Below are positions 31,733-45,123 of a DNA stretch of 64,000 nt, one piece after another. The DNA is taken from positions 73,346,001 through 73,410,000 of the forward strand of contig NC_042999.1 in assembly GCF_006345805.1 (NCBI RefSeq), written 5' to 3'. The notes beneath the pieces are model-generated. The model did no database searches. It was not told the DNA's origin and saw nothing but the letters and a program-made list of their open reading frames with translations. This DNA is from Octopus sinensis. Its lineage: Eukaryota. The position numbers and the translations under genes were made by a program. Every line of letters begins with the position of its first letter. The stretch's first letter is position 1.

Positions 31733-33065
31733 AAAGGTGGCGAGCTGGAAGAAACGTTAGCACGCCGGGCGAAATGCTTAGCGGTATTTCGTCTGCCGTT
31801 ACGTTCTGAGTTCAAATTCCGCCGAGGTCGGCTTTGCCTTTCATCCTTTCGGGGTCGATAAATTAAGTACCAGTTACGCACTGGGGTCGATGTAATCGAC
31901 TTAATCCGTTTGTCCCTCCTTGTTTGTCCTCTCTGTGGGTAGTAAAGAAATAGGTATTTTGTTCGTCTTTAATCACCCCCCACTAAATTGACTCATCCCC
32001 TTCCCCTAAATTGCTGGCCTTGTGCAAAAATTTGAAATCATTATCAATCTGCTGAAAGGCGGCAAACTGGCAGAATGGTTAGCACGCCGGGCGAAATGCT
32101 TTGCAGTATTTTCGTCCGCCGCTGCGTTCTGGGTTCAAATTCCGCCGAGGTCGACTTTGCCTTTCATCCTTTCGGGGTCGATAAATTAAGTACCAGTTAC
32201 GCACTGGGGTTGATGTAATCGACTTAATCCGTTTGTCTGTCCTTGTTTGCCCCCTCTGTGTTTAGCCCATTGTGGGTAGTAAAGAAATAGGTATTTTATC
32301 TGCCGTTACGTTCAAAGTTCAAATTCTGACAAGGTCGACTTTGCCTTTCATCCTTTTGGGGTCCATAAATTAAGTATCAGTGAAGCACTGATTTCGATGT
32401 AATTTACCTACCCCCTACACCAAATTTCAGGCCTTGTGACTAGAGTAGAAAGGATTATTAATCTACTGAAAGGCGGCGAGCTGGCAGAATTGTTAGCACG
32501 CCGGGCAAATGCTTAACGCCATTTTATCCGTCTTGACGTTCTGAATTCAAATTCCGCTCCTTTCCATCGACTAGTCCTCTCCAAAAAATTTCAGGCCTTA
32601 TGCCTATAGCAGAAATGATTATTAATCTGCTGGCAAAGGCAGCAAGCTAGCAGAATCGTTAGCACGCAGGACAAAATGCTAGGCGGCATTTCATCCGTCT
32701 TTATGTCCTGAGTTCAAATTCCGCCGAAGTCGACTTTTACTTTTATCCTTTCGAGGGTTGATAAAATTAGTATTAGTTGAGCAATGGGGTCGTATAATCG
32801 ACTTACTCCGATATTGCTGGCCTTGTACCAAAATTTGAAATCATTATTATTATTAAGCCGGCAGAATTGTTAGCACACCGGAAGAAAATGCTTAGCGACA
32901 TTTCGTCCGTCTTTATGTTCTGAGTTCAAATTCCGCCGTGGCCGACTTTACTTTTCATCCTTCCAGTAATCGATAAAATAAGTACCAGTTGAGTGCTACC
33001 GGGGTCGATGTAATCGTCTAACCTCCTCCCCACAAATTTCAGGCTTTGTCTTTATAGTAGAAAGA
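31733..33065 (+). mobile_element. Head-to-tail array of about five Meta-domain SINE copies in intron 1
   Basis: Units start at about 31733, 32055, 32469, 32635 and 32855 with the same head and Meta core as the 26590-28370 cluster. Confidence 0.85.
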
Positions 33066-35888
33066 ATTAGTATTATTATAGATTTATATTTGTACTTTAT
33101 AGACATCAATATACATAACATTTGGTGACCTTACGAATATATTGGACTTCCATCAGCCAGAGTTGCTTATGTATCAGTATATGTACGCATAGGCTTGGGC
33201 TAGATTTTTTGGGTGGAAGCCTGGCAGGTGCCCATACATCCAAGTCTCCACTTTCCTTGCCACTGATGGTTATTCAACATAAAAACTGTCGATTTGGGCC
33301 GATTTGGGCACCAGTGTCGTCACAGACGTTGCTATTTGAATGCAAAGAACCGAAACAGACAATCTTAGACATCTCATTCCAGCCCTCAAACCATTCCTCT
33401 GATTCACTACCCAAGGTTGGTACTTTAGTAGAAATCTTCACAGTGTAAATTTGGAGTTTGTGGCTCAATATAAGCGTTATGAAAAGTCAGTTTACTTGAG
33501 AGATTAATTTTATGCCAGACATTTTCTAAAATTCAAAATGTAACTCTAATCAGTTGTCAAAGAGTAAATATTAAAGAAAAAATATCGATTCTTATTAAGA
33601 GGTTAATTTTTGTTTCCGTTGATATTGGTAGGAAGGCGGAGAATTCCAATAAATATAAGAAGGAAAAAAACATTGAAGAGCCAGAAAGAATATAGCAAAG
33701 TAGGAAACATCCTCGTTGATAATACATCGTATTCATTTGCAAATGTGATTATATAAATATTAGTTTCAAATTTGGCCAGCAATTTCAGGTGAGGGATAAG
33801 TCGATTAGATCTACCCCAGTACTCAACTGGTATTTATTATTATAACTACATAAGTATATTATGTGATTGTATAAATATTAAAATCAAATAATTAATCTTA
33901 AAACAATTTTAGAGCTGCAAACTGGTATAATCGTTAACGCGTCGGACAACATGTTTGGCGGTCTTTCTTCCCGCTATTTACGTTCTGAATTCAAGCGTCA
34001 CTGGGGTTGACTTTGCCTTTCTTTCTCTCAGGGCCGATAAAATAAGTACCAGTCAAGCACTGTCGTCGTTGTAATTGACTTAAACCCTCCCCTAAAATTA
34101 CTAGCCTTATATTTAAGTTTGAAACCATTATTTTTTAAACGTTTTTAAGAATATGAACATTCAATGATGATATGACTCTAGGGTCAGAATAAAATCAAAT
34201 TTATTGTGAGAAGCCAGTTAAGTTGAATTTTACCATACATGAGATTTTATACGCTCACTTTAAAAATAACGCATTGCATAATATAACCGCATATAGTGTC
34301 TTTATAAAAGATGGGACGATCATGATTGAAGCATCCTTGATCATTTGTTTTCTGGAAAGGGGAAGATATGTTGCTTGATTAAATCTTCCAGTAGTGAACG
34401 TTTGTCAGCTGATCTTCTGTGCCATACGATGATGTAATAGGGAAATGAAATGAAATAAAAACATTTGATAATATTATTTGAAGATTTAATTCAAAATAAC
34501 TGTGCAAGTTGCTTAAAAAATTAGTTTCTAAGTTGTACCTGTTGTCTACATTTTTAACCAGTAGTCTATGTTTTTGGTTAAAGACGAGATGATTATATGG
34601 TATACAGTTACTGGAGTCTATTGGCTTGTCAGAAAACTACTGAAGACATCTTCTTTGCGAGAGAATACATCAGAATTGCTTACAGTGGCAGATTATAAGA
34701 TCATCGTTATGTATTTACAACCCAAATAGAGTGGTGTACTTTAGCTTGAGATATGCAAATCAGTGATAGATTTCGAATCGCTGACATCCCGATCAGTATA
34801 AAACCGCTTGATCGCTTTGACCAACCACGTTCTTTAAAATAAGATTATCGTAATAGTTTTATTTTTCTTTAAAAAAAATTCAGATTTGGACATTTTCAGG
34901 CATTACCAGTGAGATTCATGAGGTTGATGTTCAGCTTGAACTTCTGTAGATAAATAACCATAGGAAAAACATGGGTAAAGGGGAAATTCTATAAAACAGA
35001 ATGATGGGATTAGGCGAAGTTTTTACTCTCGGAGATACACCGAAAATAAACTGATATGGTACAAAATTAAATTTTACATTCTAAAAAAAAACCAACCATA
35101 TGATCTTTGGTTCAGACCCACTGTGTGGCATCTTTGGCAAGTGTCTTTTCCTGTAGCCCAGCGCCAACGAAGAGCCATATGAGGGAGTTGGTTGACAGTA
35201 ACTGAAAGAATCATGTCATATATACGTGTGTGTGTTTTATGTCAATATGTCTTTCTGTTTATACCGCACCAACACTTGACAACCAATGTTGGTTTGCTTA
35301 TGCTCCCGTAACATAGCAGTTCGACAAAAGAGACCGATAGAATAAGTTCCAGGCTTTTAAAATAGATACTGGGGTCGATTTGTTCGACTAAACACTTCAA
35401 TGCAGTGTCCCAGTGTGACCGTAGTCCAATGACTGAGATAAGTAAAAAATAAAAAGTTTTTTTTTGTTTTAAACCAGCTGAATTCATAATTTAGATGCGC
35501 AAATAGCAAATTGTATTCACATGAAAATAAACTTTACATTAAACATAACATAATTTTTTATAATAAAGCGTAAGTTTTAATTTTCTTTAGAAATGAACAC
35601 TAATTTTCTTTTAGCTCTTAATTAACCATTATTTTAGTTATTCGTTGATATCTAATATTCAGATTCATATAAATGAGTTATTCCACCGTAATGGTTTGTA
35701 GATTTCGATTGCACACAGTGTATTGAGGTTTATTACTGTTGTTTAGTCTTAGAGCAGGGCTTTAATCAAAAGTATTCTAGCTTTGTCGAGCAAATCTTTT
35801 TTTTTTTTTTTTTTTTTTGTAGTTGGGGGAACATTGAGGACTACATCACGTAATGCATCCTATTTAATCAGTATGATGTGGTTTAGGG

Positions 35889-36184
35889 CAGTTCTACTCA
35901 AAGTGGTGGTCCGCAGACCGCTGCCGGTCCGCGAGCCATCAGCTGGTGGTACGCGGCGAGTTTCCAGAAAAGAAACATTATAAAATGCTTATAAAATGCC
36001 TATGTAATACCGTATTATTTGTTTACAAAATAAACATAAGATAAAAAATATTGTCAACTTTTATTATATTCATTATATATATTGTTCCTGGTATAAATAA
36101 ATATTACTAAGAAATATTGCCGGTCCCTGGCTCATTGGGAAAAAAACTGCCGGTACGCCACATCAGATAGTTTGAGAAGCACTG
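35889..36184. mobile_element. hAT-type MITE of about 296 bp
   Basis: Termini CAGTTCTACTCAAA and TTTGAGAAGCACTG form an imperfect 14-bp TIR. The flanks gtttaggg and gtttacag form a 6/8-matching 8-bp TSD with a central TA. Confidence 0.8.
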
Positions 36185-37714
36185 GTTTACAGAATTTGGC
36201 AGCTTTTTTGTATTTCCTTTCTCTTTTCCTTTCTTTTTTTTTGCGATAGAGCGAGTGTGGTTTTAAGATTTGTCTGAAGATCACACGACAATGTTGACAG
36301 TTTCCTTGGTAGAAATCTGATTTTTTTTGGCTTAAACTCGCCAAAAGATTCGAGTTCAGAACTACAAACTAATAAAACCCAATATTGCAGATTATTTACT
36401 GCTGTTTCCAGCGATGAAATATATACCTTTCCACAGTAATTATTCTTTTACACTTTTACTTGTTTCAGTTGGATTGCGGCCATGCTGGGGCAACGTTTAA
36501 TAAGATTAGTTGAGCAAATATAAACACAAACACACACATTCACACATATACATACATATATGTGTGTGTGTGCGTTTACATCATACATACACACACACAC
36601 ACACACCAGGGGCTTCAACACAGTTTCTGTCTACCAAATTCACTCAAAGGACAGCGCTCCGCTCGACACCATAATAGTAGACGCATTCTCAAGGTGCTCT
36701 GCAAATGGATTGAACGTGTAACTATGTGATTGCGAAGCGAACTTCGTAACCATACAGATATGTCAGCAGTTAGGTGAATTGAAATTGTCTTGTTGTTGTT
36801 GTTGCTGTTTGTGGGGGTGGGATGGGGTGGTGGTGGTGGTGGTGGTGGTGGTGTGTTTAAACTCCAAGTCAGTCTTGATCGAGTAAACCTATGATCAAAG
36901 ATGTTCCAGCTGTGATCATTCTGCCTTTCTATGAATATCTAAGACTATATTATTTTAAGTGCCCTTCAATATCTAAGGCTCTTTCATGCAATTTTAGAAT
37001 GATTCGGTTGTTCTTTAAGTTAAGCTATCTCATAGACAATTAAGTACATTGCATTACGGTCAATGAATACGAACCATATAACCTTCTGTTAATGGTTTGA
37101 CGCCACATTGCATCCACCAGCTGCGATTCTTCATTGAAGTTCATATTTATGATAGTTTGTTTTACGTGAAATAGTTTTTCTTTGGATTAAGCTAATACAT
37201 TAAATATGTCATAAATTAGATTATTCTAATGGACAGATAGGATATTTATAATACGCTCTCACTCTAAAGATTTAAAATACACTTTTTCAATAAATAAGCT
37301 ATTCCTCTATTATTATTCAGTTTACATCAAGGATACTTTATACGAATATGTAATCGATCTCAGTACTTCGCCTAATGCTTTATTTTATCAACTCCATATG
37401 GTATAAAAGTTGTGGACTCAGAAGGTAATAGGCCAGAACTAAACACTGCAAGCATATTGACCGATGCTCTAATGATGCTAATAGTCCACCGCTCATTATT
37501 TGTCTGAGCCCATATGATGAGAAACAATCAAAAGAATATATTGAACAAAACGAATAAAATTTTGTAAAAGATTTGCAAATGACACTTACAAAAATCTATC
37601 CTGCAAAGTGAGAAATAAAAAAACAGACTGTTAAATGAATATGATTGCAATTTTACGTAAGATTCAATTTAGAAATCATGCATAATGTGGATTATGTGCA
37701 TTGTGACGGGAAGG

Positions 37715-38083
<369 letters not shown>

Positions 38084-39498
38084 ACCCCGAAGTGAGGCCC
38101 ACAAAACTTTAAGTAGTGTAGAGCTGTCTTAAAGTGTTATTAAATGCATGTAACTCCAACTAAATGTGTCGAGCTCTACTTTTTTTGTTTGTTCACTCCT
38201 TACAATATATAAGTGTAGATGTATGTGTGTCTTTATGTATATGTGTAGGTGTAGGAAGAGAAAAAACACTTCTATGTTATAATTCAATCTTTTTATTAAC
38301 GTTTTGTCGTATTTGCTTTTCAGTCTCATAGTTCGTTCGAACAATAAAGTTACCAAGTTGATTTTTAACAATGCTGACAAGCTATCTCAGCCTCATCATG
38401 AGGATCTGGAATGGCTTTTGATTTCTGTTTTACCTACACCACATACACCTACACCACATACACCTACACCACATACCATCAAAACAAAGGGTTAGAAAAA
38501 TATGAACAAAAACTACTCCCATACTTTCTAGAATACCCCCGCACACACCAAAAAAATAATAAAGTGATTAAGGAAACAATACTAATATCGCAACAAGATG
38601 CTACAATTGACATATAATATACACACAGCACAACTTCAAACACTTTTACAGAGGATGGAAGATTACAGGAGTGAAGCATGTGTACCAGAATTGACAGAAG
38701 TAGTGGGCAAAATAAAACTAGTCATACATTATTCAACTTGATAATATAGCTTTCGAAGAACAGGCTGAACGGTAAATTAGCAGATAAAGCTAGATAAGAA
38801 ATTGATAGAATTTGTAGAATACGTATCAACACTCAATTCGGCATCTATTCAGTAGAGCGTTTAACCACGTAAAGTATTCAATCACGTATTATGAATCGGG
38901 TTTTGCCTGTTTTATTGTAACGACGCAATTGATGATATTGTAACTTTGTTTTCACAAAAATAAATGAATTCTCATTTAGATTAGATTCAATGCTTACAAA
39001 AAGCTATAAAGGGTAAGAATAAGATAGTATAAGAACCATAGTTACAAGAACGATTGAAGGAAATCTGTTTCCATTTAATTATGCAGTCGACAATATGTTA
39101 GCTGCACGGCAGAGCTATGAACATAGCATTACTTGAATACCTTTCTCTTCTATAATTTTCATAAATGCAAATAGATCCCATTCAGATGTATGTATATATA
39201 TATGTATATATTGAACACATACATACGTACACACACACACACACACACATTCGAAATGGTAAATCTCGGAGTAAATAAATCTATAAATAATAGTGTGTAA
39301 ATAACCTTTTCGAACGAAAAAGTCGAAGGGACCTTCGACCTTTTCTATCTAATACATTTTTAACCCAATATCCACACGGTATTATTTATAGATTTATTTG
39401 CTTCAAGATCTACCATTGCCTCCCACCGAAAACAACAAATTATTTCACGTTCTCTCGAAGTTTATAAAAGTTTCTTATAACATCAACAATATATATGT

Positions 39499-39561
<63 letters not shown>

Positions 39562-40783
39562 TAGTTGAAATTTACAGAAAAACAAAAGACGAATACATGT
39601 GTATGAACAACAAGCATGAGTATTAGTTTGACGCTCGGGAAAGTGAGAAAGTCTTTTAATTTTCGAGCCTACGCTCTCCAGCAGAAAGGAATACGAGAAA
39701 ATAAAAAGAGGGAGAATTTTTAAAATCTTGTAGATTTAGCGGTCATACATATATATACATATACCTGTATACATACATACACACACACATACATAGGCAT
39801 ACACACATGTATGTATACACACATATATGTATGTATGCATGTATGTATGTATTATTTAATGAATAGAAATTAATTTGATTTTAGTTAGGACAAGATTACT
39901 ATTTTCGCGAGAGGTTTATAGTTGATTTTACTTAGTGGTTAAATTTCTTTCAAACTGCATCCTACCATCTTAAAGGAAAATACGTTTGCTCAATCAAAAC
40001 TGACATGGAAGTACATAACATTTGTTACTTTTTATTCAATACCGGCTAGATTTGATAATAAATTTATCACAGTTATGAAACGAACTCAGAAACTTGATAT
40101 AAATTACTGTACTGAATCACATCTGGCGCTCCACCGTGTTTGCCAGTTTAGTCAAGTCTCGCCATCAGACTTAACGCACTGACTATGCAGTACATTCACT
40201 CACTAGTGAACTTTTCTTCATTCTAAATATGATTCCGCATCAAGGAGCTACAATGTAAATCTAAACTACGTCACTTGAACAGCCGCGTAGCTTCAACATA
40301 TGCATAAGCTCTGTTAATCGTTTATTTTGTGGTTTAAACATAATTACACACTTAAAAGAAATACTTTGGTAATTATCTTCAAAAATCAATATTATTCTAC
40401 TAGATAAAATGGAGTGTTCGATTAATTTAAAACTTTATACTTGCGATGCCGTAATATAACATAAATAATATAAAAGATAGAAGCATAACTATGCTTTTAG
40501 GTGCACTGACTTCTAACACAGGCACAAGTCCTTGAGGATTTCGGAGGAAAAGTCTAGTTGATTACACTTTTGAATTAAATCTATCCCAGGACCTATTTTA
40601 TAAATATAATTTCATATAGTATTTAGTGAACATTATTCAAAGATCGGTTCGCTCTATTTTACAATTGAAAAATTACTAGAGATTGCTTGTGCAATACACG
40701 CCAAACAAATATCACTCGAGGAATTTTCCTTTGAAAGCAGCGATTTATCAGTCTTCTCGCCCTAATACAACGGCGAAAGATAC

Positions 40784-40862
<79 letters not shown>

Positions 40863-41273
40863 TATATATATATATATTATATATATATATATTCATACAT
40901 ACATACATACATACATACATACATACATACATACATACATACATACATACATACATACAGCCGCAGGTCAGTGATAAAGAGAACACCTATGCTGAACCAT
41001 TGAGAAATCTACAGTTACTTTATCCAGATTGCAAGTTTATCATTTAAATATATATGAACATGTCTAGATATGTAACTCTATGCATGAGAATACATACATA
41101 AAACATACAACTCTGCACATACATACATACATAGATACATACATACATACGTACATACATACATACATACATACATACATACATACATACATACATACAT
41201 ACCCTGCTATTCATTATTTACATTCCGAGTTCGATTTCAGGCAGTGACCTGAATAATAATAATAATAATAAAC

Positions 41274-41335
<62 letters not shown>

Positions 41336-41336
<1 letters not shown>

Positions 41337-41875
41337 TGCCCTGATGCAGTACCAAGCAGTGGCTCTCATGGCTTCTGATCTTAACTGATTGGAAGTGTTA
41401 TCATGTACATTGTTTTGTCTTGGTATAAAAGATGGGCTACAGCAAATATTCTGCTCAATACCACAGATTTGCGTGTCAGTTGTTTGACCTTAACCAGTTG
41501 AGCCCGTCCCTTAGTGGCTGACGATATGTGCATCTCTGATCACGAGCAGAAGTAGTAGGAAACATCATAGCCATGTGTTGAGAGGGATTCTTTGGGGTTT
41601 GAATAATTCACCTCTGGAAACATGGGTGGTTCTTTCAACATCCTTAAACAACCCTTATTCAGGGACCTTTTGAGCGGGATGGGCTACTCAACCTGAAGAA
41701 AATTCTAACTGGGCCCCACCTGCAAGGTCATGTGCTGTTTATCTTGATATGAGATCACCATGTCGCGCACATATGGTTGTGATGCATGTGCCTGGTGTAC
41801 CTTTATCAGACGGGTAGTCATGATGGGTATATTGGGCTTCGTATATTTTACCCCAGTGTCACTGCTCTCTCACTC
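41336..41875. mobile_element. 540-bp non-coding element inserted in (AAT)n, copy 1
   Basis: atgccctgatgcagtacc...actgctctctcactc, with (AAT)n on both sides. Collinear with 55115-55648 and 63154-63697. Confidence 0.85.
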
Positions 41876-41902
41876 AATAATAATAATAATAATAACATCG
41901 AA

Positions 41903-42020
<118 letters not shown>

Positions 42021-42067
42021 TCGAAAAATACCTTAGGAATGAGAACCCAGGTTCGAAATTTCCCCAA

Positions 42068-42109
42068 GACACCTGATGAAGGAGGGTATATCAGCCGAAA
42101 CGTTGTGTT
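42068..42109 (+). ncRNA. Degenerate minimal hammerhead motif
   Basis: gacac-CTGATGA-aggagggtatatcagcc-GAAA-CGTT-gtgtt. Stem II is reduced to about 2 bp. Confidence 0.55.
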
Positions 42110-42982
42110 AAGAGCAATCAAGATGAGGACAAACATCCGTCAAATGTAAATAATGTACATAATTCCTCATCTCTTAAATATAGAACTGTAGCTGCTATTG
42201 ATGTTGAAATTCCAATGAAGGAACCTTGGATCGAGGTTAGAAACAGGTTCTTTCTCTATTGACAAGAAGTCTTGAAATAAACTGAATAATGACAAACATA
42301 CATACATACACACACACATACATACATGCATACATACATACATACATACATACATACATACATACATACATACATACATACATACATACATACACGTATG
42401 TTTATGTGTTTATATGTGTGCGAAGGGCTTTTGCACTGCTTCTGTCTACCAAATTTTATTTGCAACGAATTTGTCAAACTGAGGCAAATATCAAATGGGA
42501 AGCAAACTTAACGACTCCGTAACAATGCCAGTACCCATTATACTGTATGATAGTTACTTTAGCGACACCAGATAGTTGAAATACAGCAAATTCCACCAAT
42601 CCATCATTGCCTCTTTGCTTAATTATTTAGTGATCACTTTCGATTCTTCCTCATCATATGTAATGACTAGTGAGTCATGAATGTTAATGAGATAACGACT
42701 CCAAAATATCTACTTCTTGAATTTGCTTTTATTACAGTATCGGTCCCAAATAGGACAAGACATCTTCAACAAAACAAGAAGTAAAAGTCTGTTAATTAAT
42801 TTCGGAGTAAGTAAATGGAGTGTATTGAGTATCAACCCAATTATTGACAATCGGGCTCTTTACTTACAGTCATGGCTTTATATATATATATATATTGTCT
42901 TATGTATATATATATCTTTTAAGTCCATTTATGTGAAACGTTATTGAGTGTGCTCATAAAAGCTCCTATGCTATTTATTGTG

Positions 42983-43056
<74 letters not shown>

Positions 43057-43176
43057 ATACAAAATAAGAAGTGGAGAATACACCTTATTCAATAATCAAC
43101 TACCAGATAATACCCAATCACATAATTATTAACCCACTACATATGAACATCAAGGTCAAACATATAGTATAGAACA

Positions 43177-43230
<54 letters not shown>

Positions 43231-43233
<3 letters not shown>

Positions 43234-43723
43234 GAGGAGCTTCTACAGGAAGTACTGTTTCATTCAAGAGAATTCAGGAAGCATAACAAGAATTGTATTA
43301 GCATTTATACATTTAGGCAGGTTTAAAGGAGTGGTGGTGGGGACTTTTTTTGGGGGTAGGCATAGCGCAAAAATCATACTTGGGGGAGTGGTCAAGGAGT
43401 CAGTGGTATGTATATGTGTATGTATATGTGTTTATGTATGTATGTGCACACATTTTATTTTTTATTTTTTATTTTTTATTTTTTATTTTTATTTTTATTT
43501 TTTATTTTTATTTTTTATTTTCTATTCTTTCATTCTAACACCACTGACTCCTTGACACTCCCCAAGTATGATATTTTGCGCTATGCCTACCCCCAAAAAA
43601 AGTCCCCCACCACCACCCTTTACACCTGCCTAAATGTATAATGCTAATACAATTCTTGTTAATAGCTTACTGAAGATTTCTCTTGAATGAACAGTACTAG
43701 TCCTGTAGAAGCTCCTTATATAT
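43231..43723. repeat. Inverted repeat with arms of about 180 bp, each carrying a damaged hammerhead motif
   Basis: 43231-43407 is the approximate reverse complement of 43540-43723, with a (TTTTTA)n spacer. Confidence 0.85.
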
Positions 43724-43789
43724 AATAAATTAATTTACTCTGCTATGATTGAGTACTTATACTGTGGTTAACCCGGATCAACCGGGACC

Positions 43790-43823
<34 letters not shown>

Positions 43824-43824
43824 T

Positions 43825-44030
43825 ATTGCCACAGGGGCTATACATAGAGAGGACAAACAAGGCAGACAAAGGGATTAAGTCGATTACATCGACCCCAGTG
43901 CGAATCTGGTACTTTTATTATCGACCCCGAAAGGATGAAAGGCAAAAGTCGACCTCGGCGGAATTTGAACTCAGAACGTACGACAGACGAGAATACCGCT
44001 AACATCCGTCCGGTCGCGCAACGTCTCTGT
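43825..44030 (-). mobile_element. Meta-domain SINE in reverse orientation
   Basis: tcgaccccgaaaggatgaaaggcaaaagtcgacctcggcggaatttgaactcagaacg is the reverse complement of the SINE core. Confidence 0.85.
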
Positions 44031-45039
44031 TTAGGCGGCTTCAGTTGTCTGAGGAAGACAGATCAGCCCCCACATAATGCGAATAATAAGGCGAACATAA
44101 TAGACTCTCAACGTCCCAGAATGTCTAATTGTAATAAGAGTCCATTTATGTAGTTTAATTCCCCTTTCTTATGTCATCAGCAGGAGCATAGATGGGTTAG
44201 TCCTAATATAGTCGCTTGGCCTATCATATTTCTTTCAACTCACACTACCATCTTTAAAAATAAAAAACACATTACATAATATTCTCGTAGATACAGTATG
44301 TTTGAGAAACGGGACGGATACAGCTTGACTGCCTTTGGTTATAAGACCTGGGGCTAAGCAACAACAACAACAACCGGTAGGGAACAGTAAAATATGACGA
44401 ACGCATCATTTGTTTTCAGGGAACAAATTTAACTTGTCTTGTGGCCATTAAAATAGGGATTGTTTTGTCCTCCGGGCTTCATATATCTTTGTCCAAGTCG
44501 CATCAACGCAGTAGGCTTATATACATTAGGGCACAAAAGAGTTAAGAGTCTGACATAATGGTCTAGATAAAGCATTTTTTTGTTTGTATATATTTAGCTC
44601 AGACTAATGTCACTGTATTGTTATAAGAAAGAGTGGATATAGTAAAACATGTTTGGAAATAAACTGAAAACAAAACACGTTTACTATGTATATGTGTGCA
44701 TATATGTGTATGCGTGCGTTGTGAAGACCTAAAGACTTTATAAAAAGACTTTATAAACTAAGAAAACAAAAGATTTATTGTGTGTGTGTATTCGTACTTG
44801 TATGTGTGTGTGTGTGTGTATGTATGCAAACGGAAATCTTTATAAAGACTTTATAATATAATGGATACAATGGATTTAGCCTGCGCGCATGCTTGTATAA
44901 TTTTAACAAAATATTTTGAGTATGTGTGTGTGTTTGTGAATTTCTATGTATGATTATGTGTGTATGTGATGTAAGTGTTGTGAAGACTGAAGACGTTATA
45001 AGATGAAAAGAATTAAAATATTAAGTGTATACGTATACG

Positions 45040-45086
<47 letters not shown>

Positions 45087-45087
45087 T

Positions 45088-45123
<36 letters not shown>

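Noticed and set aside
31733-33065. Regularly repeated units that superficially suggest a CRISPR-like array
   Set aside because: The units are 170-400 bp diverged SINE copies in eukaryotic DNA, with no short repeat/spacer structure and no cas genes.
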